From assembly GCF_003704095.1 (NCBI RefSeq), contig NW_020844363.1:744001-808000 (forward strand): a stretch of DNA of 64,000 nt, written 5' to 3'. Made by a program: the position numbers and the translations under genes. Numbering within the stretch: position 1 is the first letter of the stretch; each line of letters opens with the position of its first letter. The DNA comes from Pocillopora damicornis (Eukaryota). This document shows, one piece after another, positions 12,701-24,431 of this stretch. Below the pieces are notes generated by a model. It worked only from the letters and a program-made list of their open reading frames with translations, was not told the origin of the DNA and made no database searches.

Positions 12701-15700
12701 TGGTCCTCTCCAGTTTTCTTGCCAATTTTTTTTTAATATCTGTTTTTTCCTGCTCTATTTTTTTCATGACTGTTCAACCTATGGCCTGAATTTGTCTTCC
12801 ATGTTTATTGCTCAAATAATGTGCTACCTTATGTGTCTCTCTTCACAAGTGGCCTGTACAATAATGCCCTTTTTTCTTTTTTTGACAAGAGTTGAAGCTG
12901 ACATCTTATCTTGGAAAATGTCTCCAAATTCCCTCTTTGTTTTATTTGTCTTCTGTGATAATCCACATGATTTACTCTTTCACACCTTTCTATTTCTCTA
13001 GAAAATGAGAGCTTACATGTCATTGTTGAAAATGTTTGAACAAGCATGTTTTACCCTGAATTAATTTTGTTTTTGCTGTATATTTAAAAATAGCATTCAT
13101 TTGCTCATTCTTCCAAGTGTTGCCTTGTTCTCATCTTGTTCCTCTAATTTGGCTTCTTCATGTACTTATCTTTTGCACATCTCAATATTTCTTGAATCTC
13201 ATCTTCACTGAATTCTTGCACCTTTATTTTGTTGATGATTTCAGTCAAGGCTCCATTCTTCTTCAACTCAGCAATGGCATCCTCTTTGCTTGTACCCTCC
13301 AATGGTAATTTTTCTGAAAGAAGCCCACCAGGTTTAGCTGCCAGCATCTTGCTTGGTGAAGCATTCTGCTTCATCAGTAAAGCCTTGCTGTTGAACTTAT
13401 CAGCATGTGTGAAGCTTTTTGAGCGTGTCATTCCATACTCGTTTTTCTTCACAACAGGTGGCTCTTTGGTGCTTGTTTTTTCCTTTTCACAATTTTCAAC
13501 TTTGGTATCTTGAAATCCCATAGCTTGTTTCAACTTCTTTATGTCATCAGAGAACTCAAACATTTTAAACTCTAGTTGGGCAACTTCCTCGCTTAAATAC
13601 TGAAACTTTGTGCTGAGCTCCTCAATCTTTAAAGGTTTGTCAGCTTCTCCAGTTTTCTTGTTGTCTTGTGATTCTTTTGACATCAGAGCTGTTATTGGTT
13701 TCTTTGCATTATTTCCTGCTCCTAGAAGCACTGTTTCGTCTGCTGAGCTCTCGCTAGATTCAGAGGAGGTGTATTCAGGGATTTCTGCTAGTTTAGCACG
13801 TGAAGGCTTCTCTTTCTTCATCAAAGCTCCTTTCCTGGAATCATCTTTTGCATCACCATCCTTCTTTAGTCCTTGCAATTCGTGATCATTTTTTGTTGAT
13901 GTAAACTTCTGTGAAATAAGAAAATGCCCATTTGAAAATGAAGCAGTTTTTCCTTCCTTGAAGTCCTCTGATACTTTTGATACCAACAGTTTGTCACCAA
14001 CCTCTCTATTATCCTTGTAACCACTTGTAGCAGCTTTATTAATTCCTTTGCTGTCTGGACTCTCTGCTGATTCAAAGAAACTCACAGGTACTGTGCTAGC
14101 AGCTCGCTTTCTTGGACTTTTGATGTACTCATACTTAGCAAGTGTGTCTATGGTAATGGTTTCAAAAGTGTACTTTCCACTCTTGTCTTCTCCTTCACCT
14201 TTTTCTTCTTTGCTTTTCCTGGAATTTCTTTCATCACAGCTAAAATTGACTTTGGGGATATCATGTTTAGGAGATGATGTTAGCTGAGACCTTGCATCTT
14301 TCCCATTGGAGGGCTTTCTGCTGAGAGTAGTGGCAACTGATTTTCGTGGGCTGGACAGCTTTTCTGCAAGTAGCTCAGTGTAAAGCCTTTTGGTCTTGTC
14401 ATCTGTTTCCCACCATTTGTAAGTGGGAAAGCCGGGAGCTGCAGCCATAACCAGTTCAAGAAATCTAGGAATCTACAAATTAATGGACAAAATGTTAAAT
14501 TAGACTGAAATTCAGGGCTTATTATGAGCCACTAGCACTAAAGGAGAAGTATTGTTGTATTTGATGTATTGGCCAGTTACATATTAAATAAGCTAATTCA
14601 TGTTTGCCTCAAACAGAACTCTAAGTATTTGAAAGGTGCCTTCAGGATTTGTTGTCTTGAAATTGTGACTTAATCATTTACATTTATTTAGTATGCACCA
14701 CACAGGTGAACAGAGGTTTTTCACAAGAGCTGATTGCTTGGTTCTGAAATGATTAACAAGTACTATTTGCCTCCAAGCCACTGAAGAGATGAAATTGCTC
14801 AATCCCATCAAGAGTTGAATTTCTGACCCATTTGTTTGGTATATTGACCAAAGTAAACTAATCCTTTGGTTTCTGTGTGGTATAATCTAAAATGATTATT
14901 CGCTTAATCAATATCAGTGAAAGTGGTGGACATTTGCCTTGCTGTTTTGCTGTTCAGTAAATATCCACTACTAATCACATCTGCTTTTAGTGAATAATTG
15001 TTGAGCCAGTTGTGTGGTTGTTTTATTACACTTTACAGTTTATTCATTTCACTTCAGGTGAAGTAATCCTTCCTTGCCCAGACATCGCACATGAGGGAGC
15101 CCTTTGGTTTCCAGATCTCACTGCAGCAGACCCAACCCTGATTATACCTTGTGCTGTTGGTATTTTTAATCTTGCCAATATTGAAGTGAGTAATTTGAGT
15201 CACATACAATATGATAATGCTTGATTAAAAATATTCACATTTATTGCTCAAGAGTTCTTTTCATGATTTAGTTATTGATGTTGAATGTAAACCATACTGA
15301 TTAAAAAGAATCATTTGATGGCTTAGAAGTAAATTATTGGCAAATGGTTTTTGAAAATTGATAAAAATTTAATTCAAGCCAATACCCCAAAATGCCAAAT
15401 ATTAAGAAAGTGCTGAAAGTCTCTTATTCAATTCTTGTTGATAAAATTTAAAAAGTTTCATCAATTTTACATTTAGAATGTGTTGACTGCACAATTACAT
15501 ATTATACAATCGGGCACATTGTAGTACACTTTTCTCAGCTTCATCTGTTGATAGCTTTTTAAATAAAGCCATAGATTTTGGGGTTTCTTTGGGAGTGGAG
15601 TGTTAATCATACTGCTCTGATCCTGGATTCTATGATCAAAATTAATTTAAAATAGATTATTTTAATGCTATCTGAGAGTGGCACACAAGACTGTCAGTGA

Positions 15701-17868
15701 TAGAGTTCACAGCATAAATTTGTTATATTTTCATCCCATGGAAAGCCTTTTATGAAGTATTTTGACTATACTTCAGTTCTTGTATGTTGTCTGTTTTTCC
15801 CTCGCATCAGAGAGGGAAATCTTTATCCGCATTCACAAATTACCCTTGCAAATTGACAAAAACTTCTTGTTTGACTTACCTAGGATCAGAAATCTTTCTT
15901 CACTCTACTCTGATGCCACTCCATCCACAGCCTTTCTCATCACAGAGTCAAACGTACTGTATAAATGTTTTGTTGTATAAGCACCCTGCCTTTTTATAGG
16001 CGTGTTACAGCACTCAGGGTGTGGACTTCCAGCCCTGTTCATTGTTTACTTCATTTCATAGTTGAACCAAGATTTTACTGTTTACATCTGCTTCATGGCT
16101 TGACATTTTGGGTGGAGTTTGGGTGTGGTAGTTTTGAAAAGGAAAGTTTGACTTTTAGGCTTTTAAAGAAGCAAAAACAAGTTTCCAAAACTATCAGAGC
16201 TGTCTATGTATTCAGTGCTCTTCAAATTTGAGGCAAATAAGCTTAGAATGTGAAGGAGAGTGAAGTTTACAATGATATATTTTGTGTTTAAGTAGAATGG
16301 TTAATTGGATGTTACCAAAATAAAACTGACAAGATAACAGGTGATAGTTGGCCACCTGTTGATCAGGTGATTTTTTTATGTTGGTGACAGACTCTGAAAA
16401 CTCAGTTTTTGTTAGAACAAATTTAAGCACAATCAACTTGTTGAGAAAGCTAATGTGGCAAAATGAAATCCTTAATTGAACTGGGTTGCATCAAACACAT
16501 GATCAATCCCTTACCTTAATATTTTTTCTTTTTGAGGGCTAGATTTTAAGAATTGTGCAGCTTATCCCTTGTTAGTACTTTTTCTGTTTGGTCTGCTTTG
16601 TAGCACAATTGAATTTCATGAAAATTAGTGTGTCCTATTGACAGATATTCAAATACTAAATCATTTCAACAAATCCTAGAGTATGTAATAACATGGGTGC
16701 ATCAGGAATCAACTATTCTGTTTTACAGTGCATGATTACAAATGATTTAAGTTGCATCCATAAGCTCAAGAAATGAGAAACACATTTGCAATACAGCCAT
16801 GAAATTTTTGCTTTCTGGATGTTATTTTTTTGTACAGATAATCAGTAAAATTTTCATAGTGTTAGTTCAATATTTTGTAAATGAATGGACTTTGATCATG
16901 GAATAAATATGTAGTTTTAAAATTAATGTATCTACAATGTTATCAGAGCCACATTGCTTTCAAAAAATTGGATTTCTGTTTTTCTTTTTTTAATTTCATT
17001 GAGGTAGGCAATTATATTAGCTGGTGAATTAAAATGTTTAAAGTGAATCAATAGAAATAATTAATTTTCACTTAACTTTTATAATGCAAATTTAAATTAT
17101 TGATAATTACATCAACTGATTTAATAACGATTCTTATGATAAGGTATTATAAATTTTATTGCTTTGGTTGACCAATATGGCCTTTGGAGGTCACGTGTAA
17201 ATTCTCTATTGTTGTTAATAGTTTATAACCCTTATGTTGAGTTTTGTTCTCTGATCACCAGCTTCATGCCCTGCGCCGACACAACACAACCAGATTTCAG
17301 CAGATTCTAACAAATACATTAAGGCTGGTATCTGTGGGTATGATCTTTGTTGCAGCTCAAGTTCCTTCAGTAAGTTTCCTGTCATAAAGTTATTTAGTTT
17401 CTGAAAATGTCCATTTAGTGAAACAAAACCCCTCTGATAGGTAGGACCTTTTCTACTTCCCCAGCTGAGTCTCTTGCACGTGACCAAAGTGATCAACAAA
17501 TAACAATAGTCGCTGAAAATAACCAAGTCACTAACCAAAACCCAGTCCCCCATTTAACGTGTGAGAATCTTCTCTTTTGTCACTTTTAGGAGCTCAGCTG
17601 GTCAGAAAACCATGTCTCTGTGCTGGTTCATATTTTATGGTAATTTTTTTTGCAGGCAATGTGTCTCTACTGGGCAGTTTCTGCTTTCTTTGGCTTGGCT
17701 CAGAATATAACCTTTAAACTCCCTGCTGTTCGCCGTCTGCTTGGTATTCCAAAGACTCCCAATGAGAGTCAACATCCAGTGCAAGACTTAAAGAATCTGC
17801 TGCGACTTAAGGGAGAAGAGTTTGTAAGAATTCAAAGAGAAGGACGATCAGTAAAAAAGAAGGAATGA
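9753..17868 (+). CDS. COX18: Mitochondrial inner-membrane insertase COX18 (Oxa1/YidC family); exons 9753-9794, 9879-10069, 10465-10672, 11493-11643, 15058-15185, 17262-17369, 17656-17868
   Basis: All junctions are GT-AG and phase-compatible. Arg-rich targeting peptide MSALRLLARRF. Family motifs HTWTHLPWWAVIVGSTVALR, PWTQLPLWFFLSLSLRN, EGALWFPDLTAADP, QVPSAMCLYW. Confidence 0.92.
13144..14448 (-). CDS. Hypothetical 434-aa Lys/Glu/Ser-rich protein with a coiled-coil segment, nested antisense in COX18 intron 4
   Basis: 1.3-kb uninterrupted ORF in AT-rich intron, with shadow ORFs on the opposite strand. Candidate acceptor (ttcctag|) at 14465/14464, 16 nt before the ATG. No recognisable domain. 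Confidence 0.6.
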   Translation of the reverse strand: MAAAPGFPTYKWWETDDKTKRLYTELLAEKLSSPRKSVATTLSRKPSNGKDARSQLTSSPKHDIPKVNFSCDERNSRKSKEEKGEGEDKSGKYTFETITIDTLAKYEYIKSPRKRAASTVPVSFFESAESPDSKGINKAATSGYKDNREVGDKLLVSKVSEDFKEGKTASFSNGHFLISQKFTSTKNDHELQGLKKDGDAKDDSRKGALMKKEKPSRAKLAEIPEYTSSESSESSADETVLLGAGNNAKKPITALMSKESQDNKKTGEADKPLKIEELSTKFQYLSEEVAQLEFKMFEFSDDIKKLKQAMGFQDTKVENCEKEKTSTKEPPVVKKNEYGMTRSKSFTHADKFNSKALLMKQNASPSKMLAAKPGGLLSEKLPLEGTSKEDAIAELKKNGALTEIINKIKVQEFSEDEIQEILRCAKDKYMKKPN

Positions 17869-18287
17869 TCAGGAAATTATACGTCACTGGTAAGACATAA
17901 TTATGTCCATTTTGGCCTCTCAACGCTAATTGAAATATACATTAGTGTTAAGTTGATTTGAGGCATGACAAATCAGTGACAGGATCAAATTGCCTGCTTG
18001 TATCTTATACATGTATGGCCAATCTGTGAAGGGTTTTAATTATGCTTATGAAAATTTCTTTAATTTCTGTTTAACACTGTTCCATAGGTGGTTTTTTTTT
18101 TCCAAGAAGATGTTTTCAAAAAATTATCCTCCTCATTTTTTATCTTCATCTGACCCAAAGCAACGTAACTATTTCATGTCTTTTAAACAATATTTAAGAC
18201 CATATACACAATGTTTCTCATTAAAATTTTATTTGAAATAATTATTTAACACCTAAATCTGAAAACAGATACAATGCCCTTTGTAGA

Positions 18288-20447
18288 TCATAATTCCTCA
18301 TTTCTTTCCAACTCTTCCATTTCTTTTTTAGTTATTGTCCTTCCATTGCAAAGACAAGCATTACGCTGGGCTTCTTTATACGATGCACATCCTAAGGCAA
18401 GTGTTCCTGAGTACATTAGATCTGCCGATGTCTGGCATGCATCCAACTGCTTCTTTGGCAGTCTATTTCCCAGACCTGTGAGAAGGCACTCATTGTCTAA
18501 ACAGGATTTAAAGTCATCATCGCACTGAGTGCGGTCATTGTTGCAGGTGTCGTAGCAGATGTCATGGAGATCACAGCATCTTGTAAAACCAGCAAAATTG
18601 GAAGTGTCAAGCTGAAATCATGTGAGGAAATCTTAGTGGGGACATTAAGAGCACAGTGCTCACAGGGAGATAAAGATCACGGTTGTTCCTATAATTATAA
18701 ACATTAATGTCACCAATATAATTGCTGAAAACTGCAAAAAGATTTTTTTTCAGTTTAGTTAATAAAAGAAAATGCTCAAGAAAAGACTATAATTATTCTC
18801 CATTCATTGTGACTGTGTCTTATTCTTCATTGAGACATTGTGTGTTTCAATGTTCTCTCTACCCAGCAGTATAGATAATCCTGTGTGCATCAGTCTCATG
18901 AATGCATTGCTCTCAGTGTACTGTATGGTTCTTACCATGGCAAACTTCTGCTCAGAGGTTCTGAATCCATAATTTCCTTTTCCAGTGACTACCCTTAGAC
19001 TACAAGTTATCATTTTTATTTTTGTTAAAACTATACCTTTATTCCCATGGAACCACATCCATCACTTGAGGGTTTATGCTTTGGATTAGTAAGAGGCTTA
19101 TAACCTGAAATGAGAACACAATGGAGAACCATCTAATACTTTGTTTCTTGAATACATTGGAGCCAAAATTGTGTTATCCCAAGGTTAATAAATATTTTCA
19201 AGATATCATGCAGTCTGGATGGGAAAGAAGTGGGGGTAAAGTTCTAAAGAATCTGTGGTGCTACACTGTTGGGGGGGGGGGATTTCTCTGACAAAGGGTT
19301 ACTGCTGCTTAATCAGCTTTAGAAATGCTTTACTGTGGACAATTTACATTATCAACTCAGTTGATAAAACCAAAATAGATTGTATTAGAAAGATTTTACT
19401 TTCAATGATAAAAGCAAGAAACTACTTGAAAGCTCTTACTCTTTAATCACACCCCAATCACTTCCCTTTTTCCTCAATTAAAAAAAAACCTGCTTAAAAT
19501 TGAATATGATCAGTTATTGAGGTCTGGTTGAGGCACACTGCACAACCACAGATATGGAAACAAATAATTTAATACCATCTTAGGAGTCTGTGTCTGTAAT
19601 TATGCGTTTGTCAGTTGAACAGCTTTACATGTAGGATTTTCCAACAGCGGATATGTATGTAATGAGAGGAAAAGAAAGTAATGAAGGGAAGACTTTGATT
19701 TTACATCAGAACTACGATTATTAGAAACTATGGCAGATATTAGGGAAGAAATGATATGGGGACCTTTAGAGTCAAAACTGGATAATTACCATATTAATTT
19801 TGTAATTACTGGTAAACACAGACTAGCAGGTGAATAAATAATATCAAATGAACCAATCAAAACGTACCATGTCATCTACTTAAAATACAGTCAAAGAAGC
19901 CAACAGTTGCAAGTATAACGTTACATTCTCACGGACAAATTTGTTTATATAGTACTTTTATACAGCATTTTAATTCGTATGAGAGGATAACTACAGCAAT
20001 ACATAAAACTAGAGTTATGTTTTACACCCTCGATATATTTTCTTCTTCATCGATCATTTCCGGTAGATTTAGATCTCGTTTTCTTCAGCTTCAAGCCTAT
20101 TGCACGTGAGAGTGTACTTCTGAAATACCAACACAAGGTCTAAAAGGCGAAATTAGTTTTTCTTGGGGTGGATAAGTCTGAGATTAAGAGCGAAAATGTG
20201 CTCTTTTTCTTTTGATGAAGAAAGGGTGATACACTTGAGATAAAGTTTACCCTTAACTGTTCCGTTAAATTTTACTACAACCAAGAACACGCTTACCTTT
20301 CGGACATCGAAATGCACAATTTTCTCCACCGGCCAACTGCGCCAAAATTTTTGCTAAATCTCCTAGATTGCTGGCTTGTGAAGCTACTACTAACCCTTTC
20401 AATAAGTAACCAATAAACAGTAAGGAACAGATTTTCCAGTGAACCAT
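18288..20447 (-). CDS. PLA2G12: Group XII secreted phospholipase A2; exons 20447-20297, 19104-19037, 18611-18288
   Basis: Signal peptide; CAFRCPKG|YKP..DGCGS; catalytic CCDLHDICYDTC with intact His-Asp; LGCASYKEAQRNACLC; C-terminal NEEL (ER-retrieval-like). Splice phases consistent. Confidence 0.93.
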
Positions 20448-21182
20448 AATTTTTCAATCCTTTTAACACAACTCCTCCAGAATTATGATTAAACTAACTC
20501 ACCGGCCACTTCTGATGAATACCACGATGTTCTACCGACCTCGGGGGAGGTGGGTAGGGATCACTTTGTCGATGTCTTATTGATCGCAGGCGCATTTTTA
20601 TCCAAATATATATCGAATGTCATTGTTTATCTGTTTTAATACATTTTAGTAATTTATTGATGTGTTTTGTCCTCATCGAAAATTCCACTTTTATTTGCTC
20701 TCAGTTCGAATTTTCACTTAGTCGGAAGCAAAATCTGTATACCGTACAGAAACTAGAAAACATCCATAAATTAAGACATACGAGTTATATAAAAAAATAT
20801 AAACAAACGAGGAATGGTTACATTCCAGATAATTTTCCCTGAAATTGCATTTTCCTTCAACATGAATATGGGAATAGAACACTTTAAGTTGTTTTTGAAA
20901 CGAGATATGAGGGGTATTCCCTGGGTTAACCTTGAAGATGATGCAACGGAATTTGTCGCCTTCTTATTGGTTGTCGTATGTTGTTCACGACGTTTGCACG
21001 GTGTTGCACCATAACAGTTAAAATTTGCGGAGCTCAGGAATTTTACCGGTACAAAACAGGGAGGTTTAAGCTTAGTGGGTATTCTATAATTTACAATGAT
21101 GAAAACTCGATGAGAGGAGCCGAAGTTTCGATTTTAATTCGAGTTTATTTCGCTAAGTATTTTCTCTGCGATCGCAGGCAAA

Positions 21183-21986
21183 ATGTGTGGGAAGTTGACA
21201 AAAGACTTCCATAAGCTCATGAAGAACATTGCCAGCTTTTCGAACCATCAGGCAAATGTTGCCCATTACGAGGAAAACTTGGATACAATCAGGGTGAAAA
21301 TTGTACCGAACGATGGTCTTTATTACGGAGGCAGGTTCGAATTCGAAATCAAAGCCAACGATTATCCAAAGAATGCTCCAAATGTCACCTGCATCACACA
21401 AATTTATCACCCAAACATTGACGATCAGGGGGAAATATGCTTAAATCTGTTCAGTGAGTGGGCAGAAACCAATACTCTGGAGGACTGCGTTCACGGATTG
21501 CTGTTTTTACTGTACAATCCAAATCTAGAGGACCCATTAAATCCTCTCTTCGATCCAGACGTCGACACTGATTTTGAAGTGTTCGCTAAGAACGTGCGGT
21601 TGTCTCTAGAAGGAGGTGCTATCGAGGGGTGCGACTTCGAGAGAAATCTGGTGCACGAGGATAGCAGCACTGACGAGAATACTACCGGTGATCAAGTTCA
21701 GGAAGACCTGCAAGCCACGGAATGTAAAGAAGCGGTTGAGAATGTTGATGATGATGGATTAATCGAGATCCAGGTGTTGGATGATGAAATCGATTCAAGC
21801 GAAGAGGTACCTTCTACAACGAACACCGGCGGCACAGATCACGCGACCGAATGTCATATTGATGCAAATGTAACCAGGACAACTGACTGTATTTCAGGGA
21901 AAATCAATTCACAAAGAACTGAAGAGGAACCTGTTGTTCTAGTTGAAATCGAAAGAAGGGCAAATCACCTTGAAGAACATGGATGA
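21183..21986 (+). CDS. Ubiquitin/NEDD8-conjugating enzyme E2 (UBE2M/UBE2F-like) with an acidic C-terminal extension; single coding exon
   Basis: YYGGRFEF, YPKNAPNV, HPNIDDQGEICL (catalytic Cys), GLLFLLYNPNLEDPLN. AAAATG start preceded by a candidate acceptor (tttctctgcgatcgcag). Confidence 0.88.
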   Translation: MCGKLTKDFHKLMKNIASFSNHQANVAHYEENLDTIRVKIVPNDGLYYGGRFEFEIKANDYPKNAPNVTCITQIYHPNIDDQGEICLNLFSEWAETNTLEDCVHGLLFLLYNPNLEDPLNPLFDPDVDTDFEVFAKNVRLSLEGGAIEGCDFERNLVHEDSSTDENTTGDQVQEDLQATECKEAVENVDDDGLIEIQVLDDEIDSSEEVPSTTNTGGTDHATECHIDANVTRTTDCISGKINSQRTEEEPVVLVEIERRANHLEEHG

Positions 21987-23572
21987 AAAAAAGAAACTTT
22001 CCAACTTTCATTATTTAGAGCATGTAAATGTTGTAGTGTGCGTAATTGTCTTGGAAATCGTATGAAGGGGATACACATCAATGATATGGCTACAGAAATT
22101 TCACCCAAGAATGTTTGAGATTTCGATAAGATTGCATCGGTGTTTCTAGAGCGACTTACGTGCTTCCATGAAGAGCTCTGCGCCGGAAAAAAAGTTATGC
22201 GAATTACCGGCTGTTCATTGAATGTGCAGCCAGTAATTTGGATAAGTAATTTAAGCCAAGGTTTGACGCCTCTCGGTGGCATGAGGTGTTAGCTGAACAT
22301 TTCAGGACATGTGATAATCGCTACGAAAAAGTTACTAAAGCTCCCCTCATAGATATTCTGTAGAGTTTATAACTATATTTAACTATAATTACGTTAGCAC
22401 TTTAGTACAGAACATTCATCTGCCGCTGAACCGTCGTGTTTTCCGAGGCAAACCATTCGTAATAAAAATAAAAACTGGTGGATAGTGCCCTTATGCGTGT
22501 TTTTCTTCTTGAAGATTAGAGAAAATTTCCAACTTAGTTTGATACCAAGATCTTAGATTATGCTCAGAGCTTGCTAATTGCTCAGGAAAGTATCAGGAAA
22601 GTATCCCTAGTGAACAGTTGAACACTTTTACAAGGGATGTAACCATTAGGTGAGACCTTAACACCTAATACTAGCCTAGTTGACAAGGTTAAGAAAGAGA
22701 AGCCCACGGAGTTTAAACACTTTTAGACGTTCCCGGACTGTTCTACCGTATTTAATAGACAGGCTATGATTTGCATGTGTCATTCTGTGCATAGTAATGC
22801 ACTTAAACTGATGAATTGAGTACTTAGTTGGTCCTATTGGGCCCATGCATTACTGACGTGGTGTCCAGCTACAGTACCAATGGGTGGCTTTGTGGCCCAG
22901 TTGTTAGGAACATCAAACTGATCTCAGCGGAGAGAAATGTACCAGTTCAAGCCATTCAGATTGAATTTGATTACACGCCTTTATTCTGATTGTGGTTACA
23001 GCTTATCAAAAATATCACATATGGCAACATAAGTCAATGCTGGAATAGTATTTACTATTCTAGAATAATTTTTTGTTAAGTTATTAAGGATAATTCTAAA
23101 ATACAGCTGAATGATACATGACATTTTGCTTGGATAGAAATTCCTGCCGACTAATGGGTCTAAGTAAAGTTCGATAACTATATAGAGAGCCAGACCAACA
23201 TTGCAAAAACAATTTGGTTAGTTTTATTGATGATCAGTTCAGAAAACAATCAATTGTTACTCAGTCAGTCTGTTTATTCACATAATTCAATAAGAGCTGT
23301 CCTGAGGAAAGCCATGATGCAAACAAGGCACAATGCATACTTATTTCACTAGAAACTATACCACATTCTAACATCAGAAATTTCTTGTTTTCTTTTTCTC
23401 TTTTATGCAATGGGGTGGAGTTTAAATAAAGAAAGTCAAGATGAAACATTTTTAAAATTAAAGTACTAAATCCACAAAGAGGTTTGATGAGGGGGAGGGA
23501 GGGGGGGCTAGGGGTGGGGCAAGGTTCATTGCTCTGGTAATTGAGGTGAAAACTCCCCATACATTGAAATTG

Positions 23573-23819
23573 AACATATATCATTGAAAAAATCACTTGT
23601 GCCTACAAAGTAATTTAAGTTCAAGCTAGAAAACAGCAAGTTGAACCTTTTCAAACAACACTTTCATACCAAGGTTCATGCCCCTAGCAGTTGAAGTGAA
23701 ACCTAACCATGCAGTAAAATTTAACATATATCATTGAAAAAAATCACTTGTGCCTACAAAGTAGTTAAAGTTCAAGCTAGAAAACAGCAAATCAAACCTT
23801 TTCAAACAACACTTTCATA
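23573..23819. repeat. ~96-bp direct repeat (23573-23668 and 23723-23819) in the likely PTEN 3'UTR
   Basis: aacatatatcattgaaaaaatcacttgtgcctacaaagta...caaacaacactttcata occurs twice with few mismatches. Confidence 0.9.
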
Positions 23820-24220
23820 AACAACCTCTGACATACAAAAATAGCTGCAAAAATAATTGGCAATATAATTCAACTATATTTGTATTTTGCCAAAAACGTG
23901 TTGCAATGGGATGTACAACAACATAATATCTATTTTGAAAGAAACTTAATGGTTAAGCATGTTTCTTTCATTGACTTTTTATTTAAAAATAATAGCAAGA
24001 CAATGGCTACCTAGTGAGAGTAAAATTTAAATAGTTTCAGATCTGACAGCTACATCTCACTGGCTAGCAATCAAACCTTACTAATATACTGCTCAGAATT
24101 TGTTATCATATCAAAAAAAATCTCTGATTGTTTTCCAAAGGATTTCCATCGAAAAAATTAGGAATAGCCAACAAGAAGGTCATCATGACTAACACTGTGA
24201 GACAAGCATTTCTTTGCCTT

Positions 24221-24431
24221 TTAACCTTTTAACTCCCATGAGTGTTCAAGACAGAATTTCTCCTTACAAGATCAATACATTATCAAGCAGATAAGTAGTG
24301 AGAATAAAGAAAACTATCAATTTGGAGATAACTAGTTGATCCAATACTAAATTCTCTGAATTAACATTATAAGAATTGTATGACCGACAGTGAGAAGAAT
24401 TACAAGTTTGATCTGGGAGTTAAATGGTTAA
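24221..24431. mobile_element. TTAA-flanked ~210-bp MITE (piggyBac-type)
   Basis: TIRs ttaaccttttaactccc / gggagttaaatggttaa; internally similar to the copies at 28515 and 37721. Confidence 0.8.

Noticed and set aside
15880-16106. Minus-strand ATG-to-donor segment in phase with the nested ORF, with four TGA and one TAA in frame (decayed exon or Sec-rich exon?)
   Set aside because: Five stops in 75 codons is about the random expectation, and there is no SECIS or homology evidence. Kept only as a possible UTR exon.
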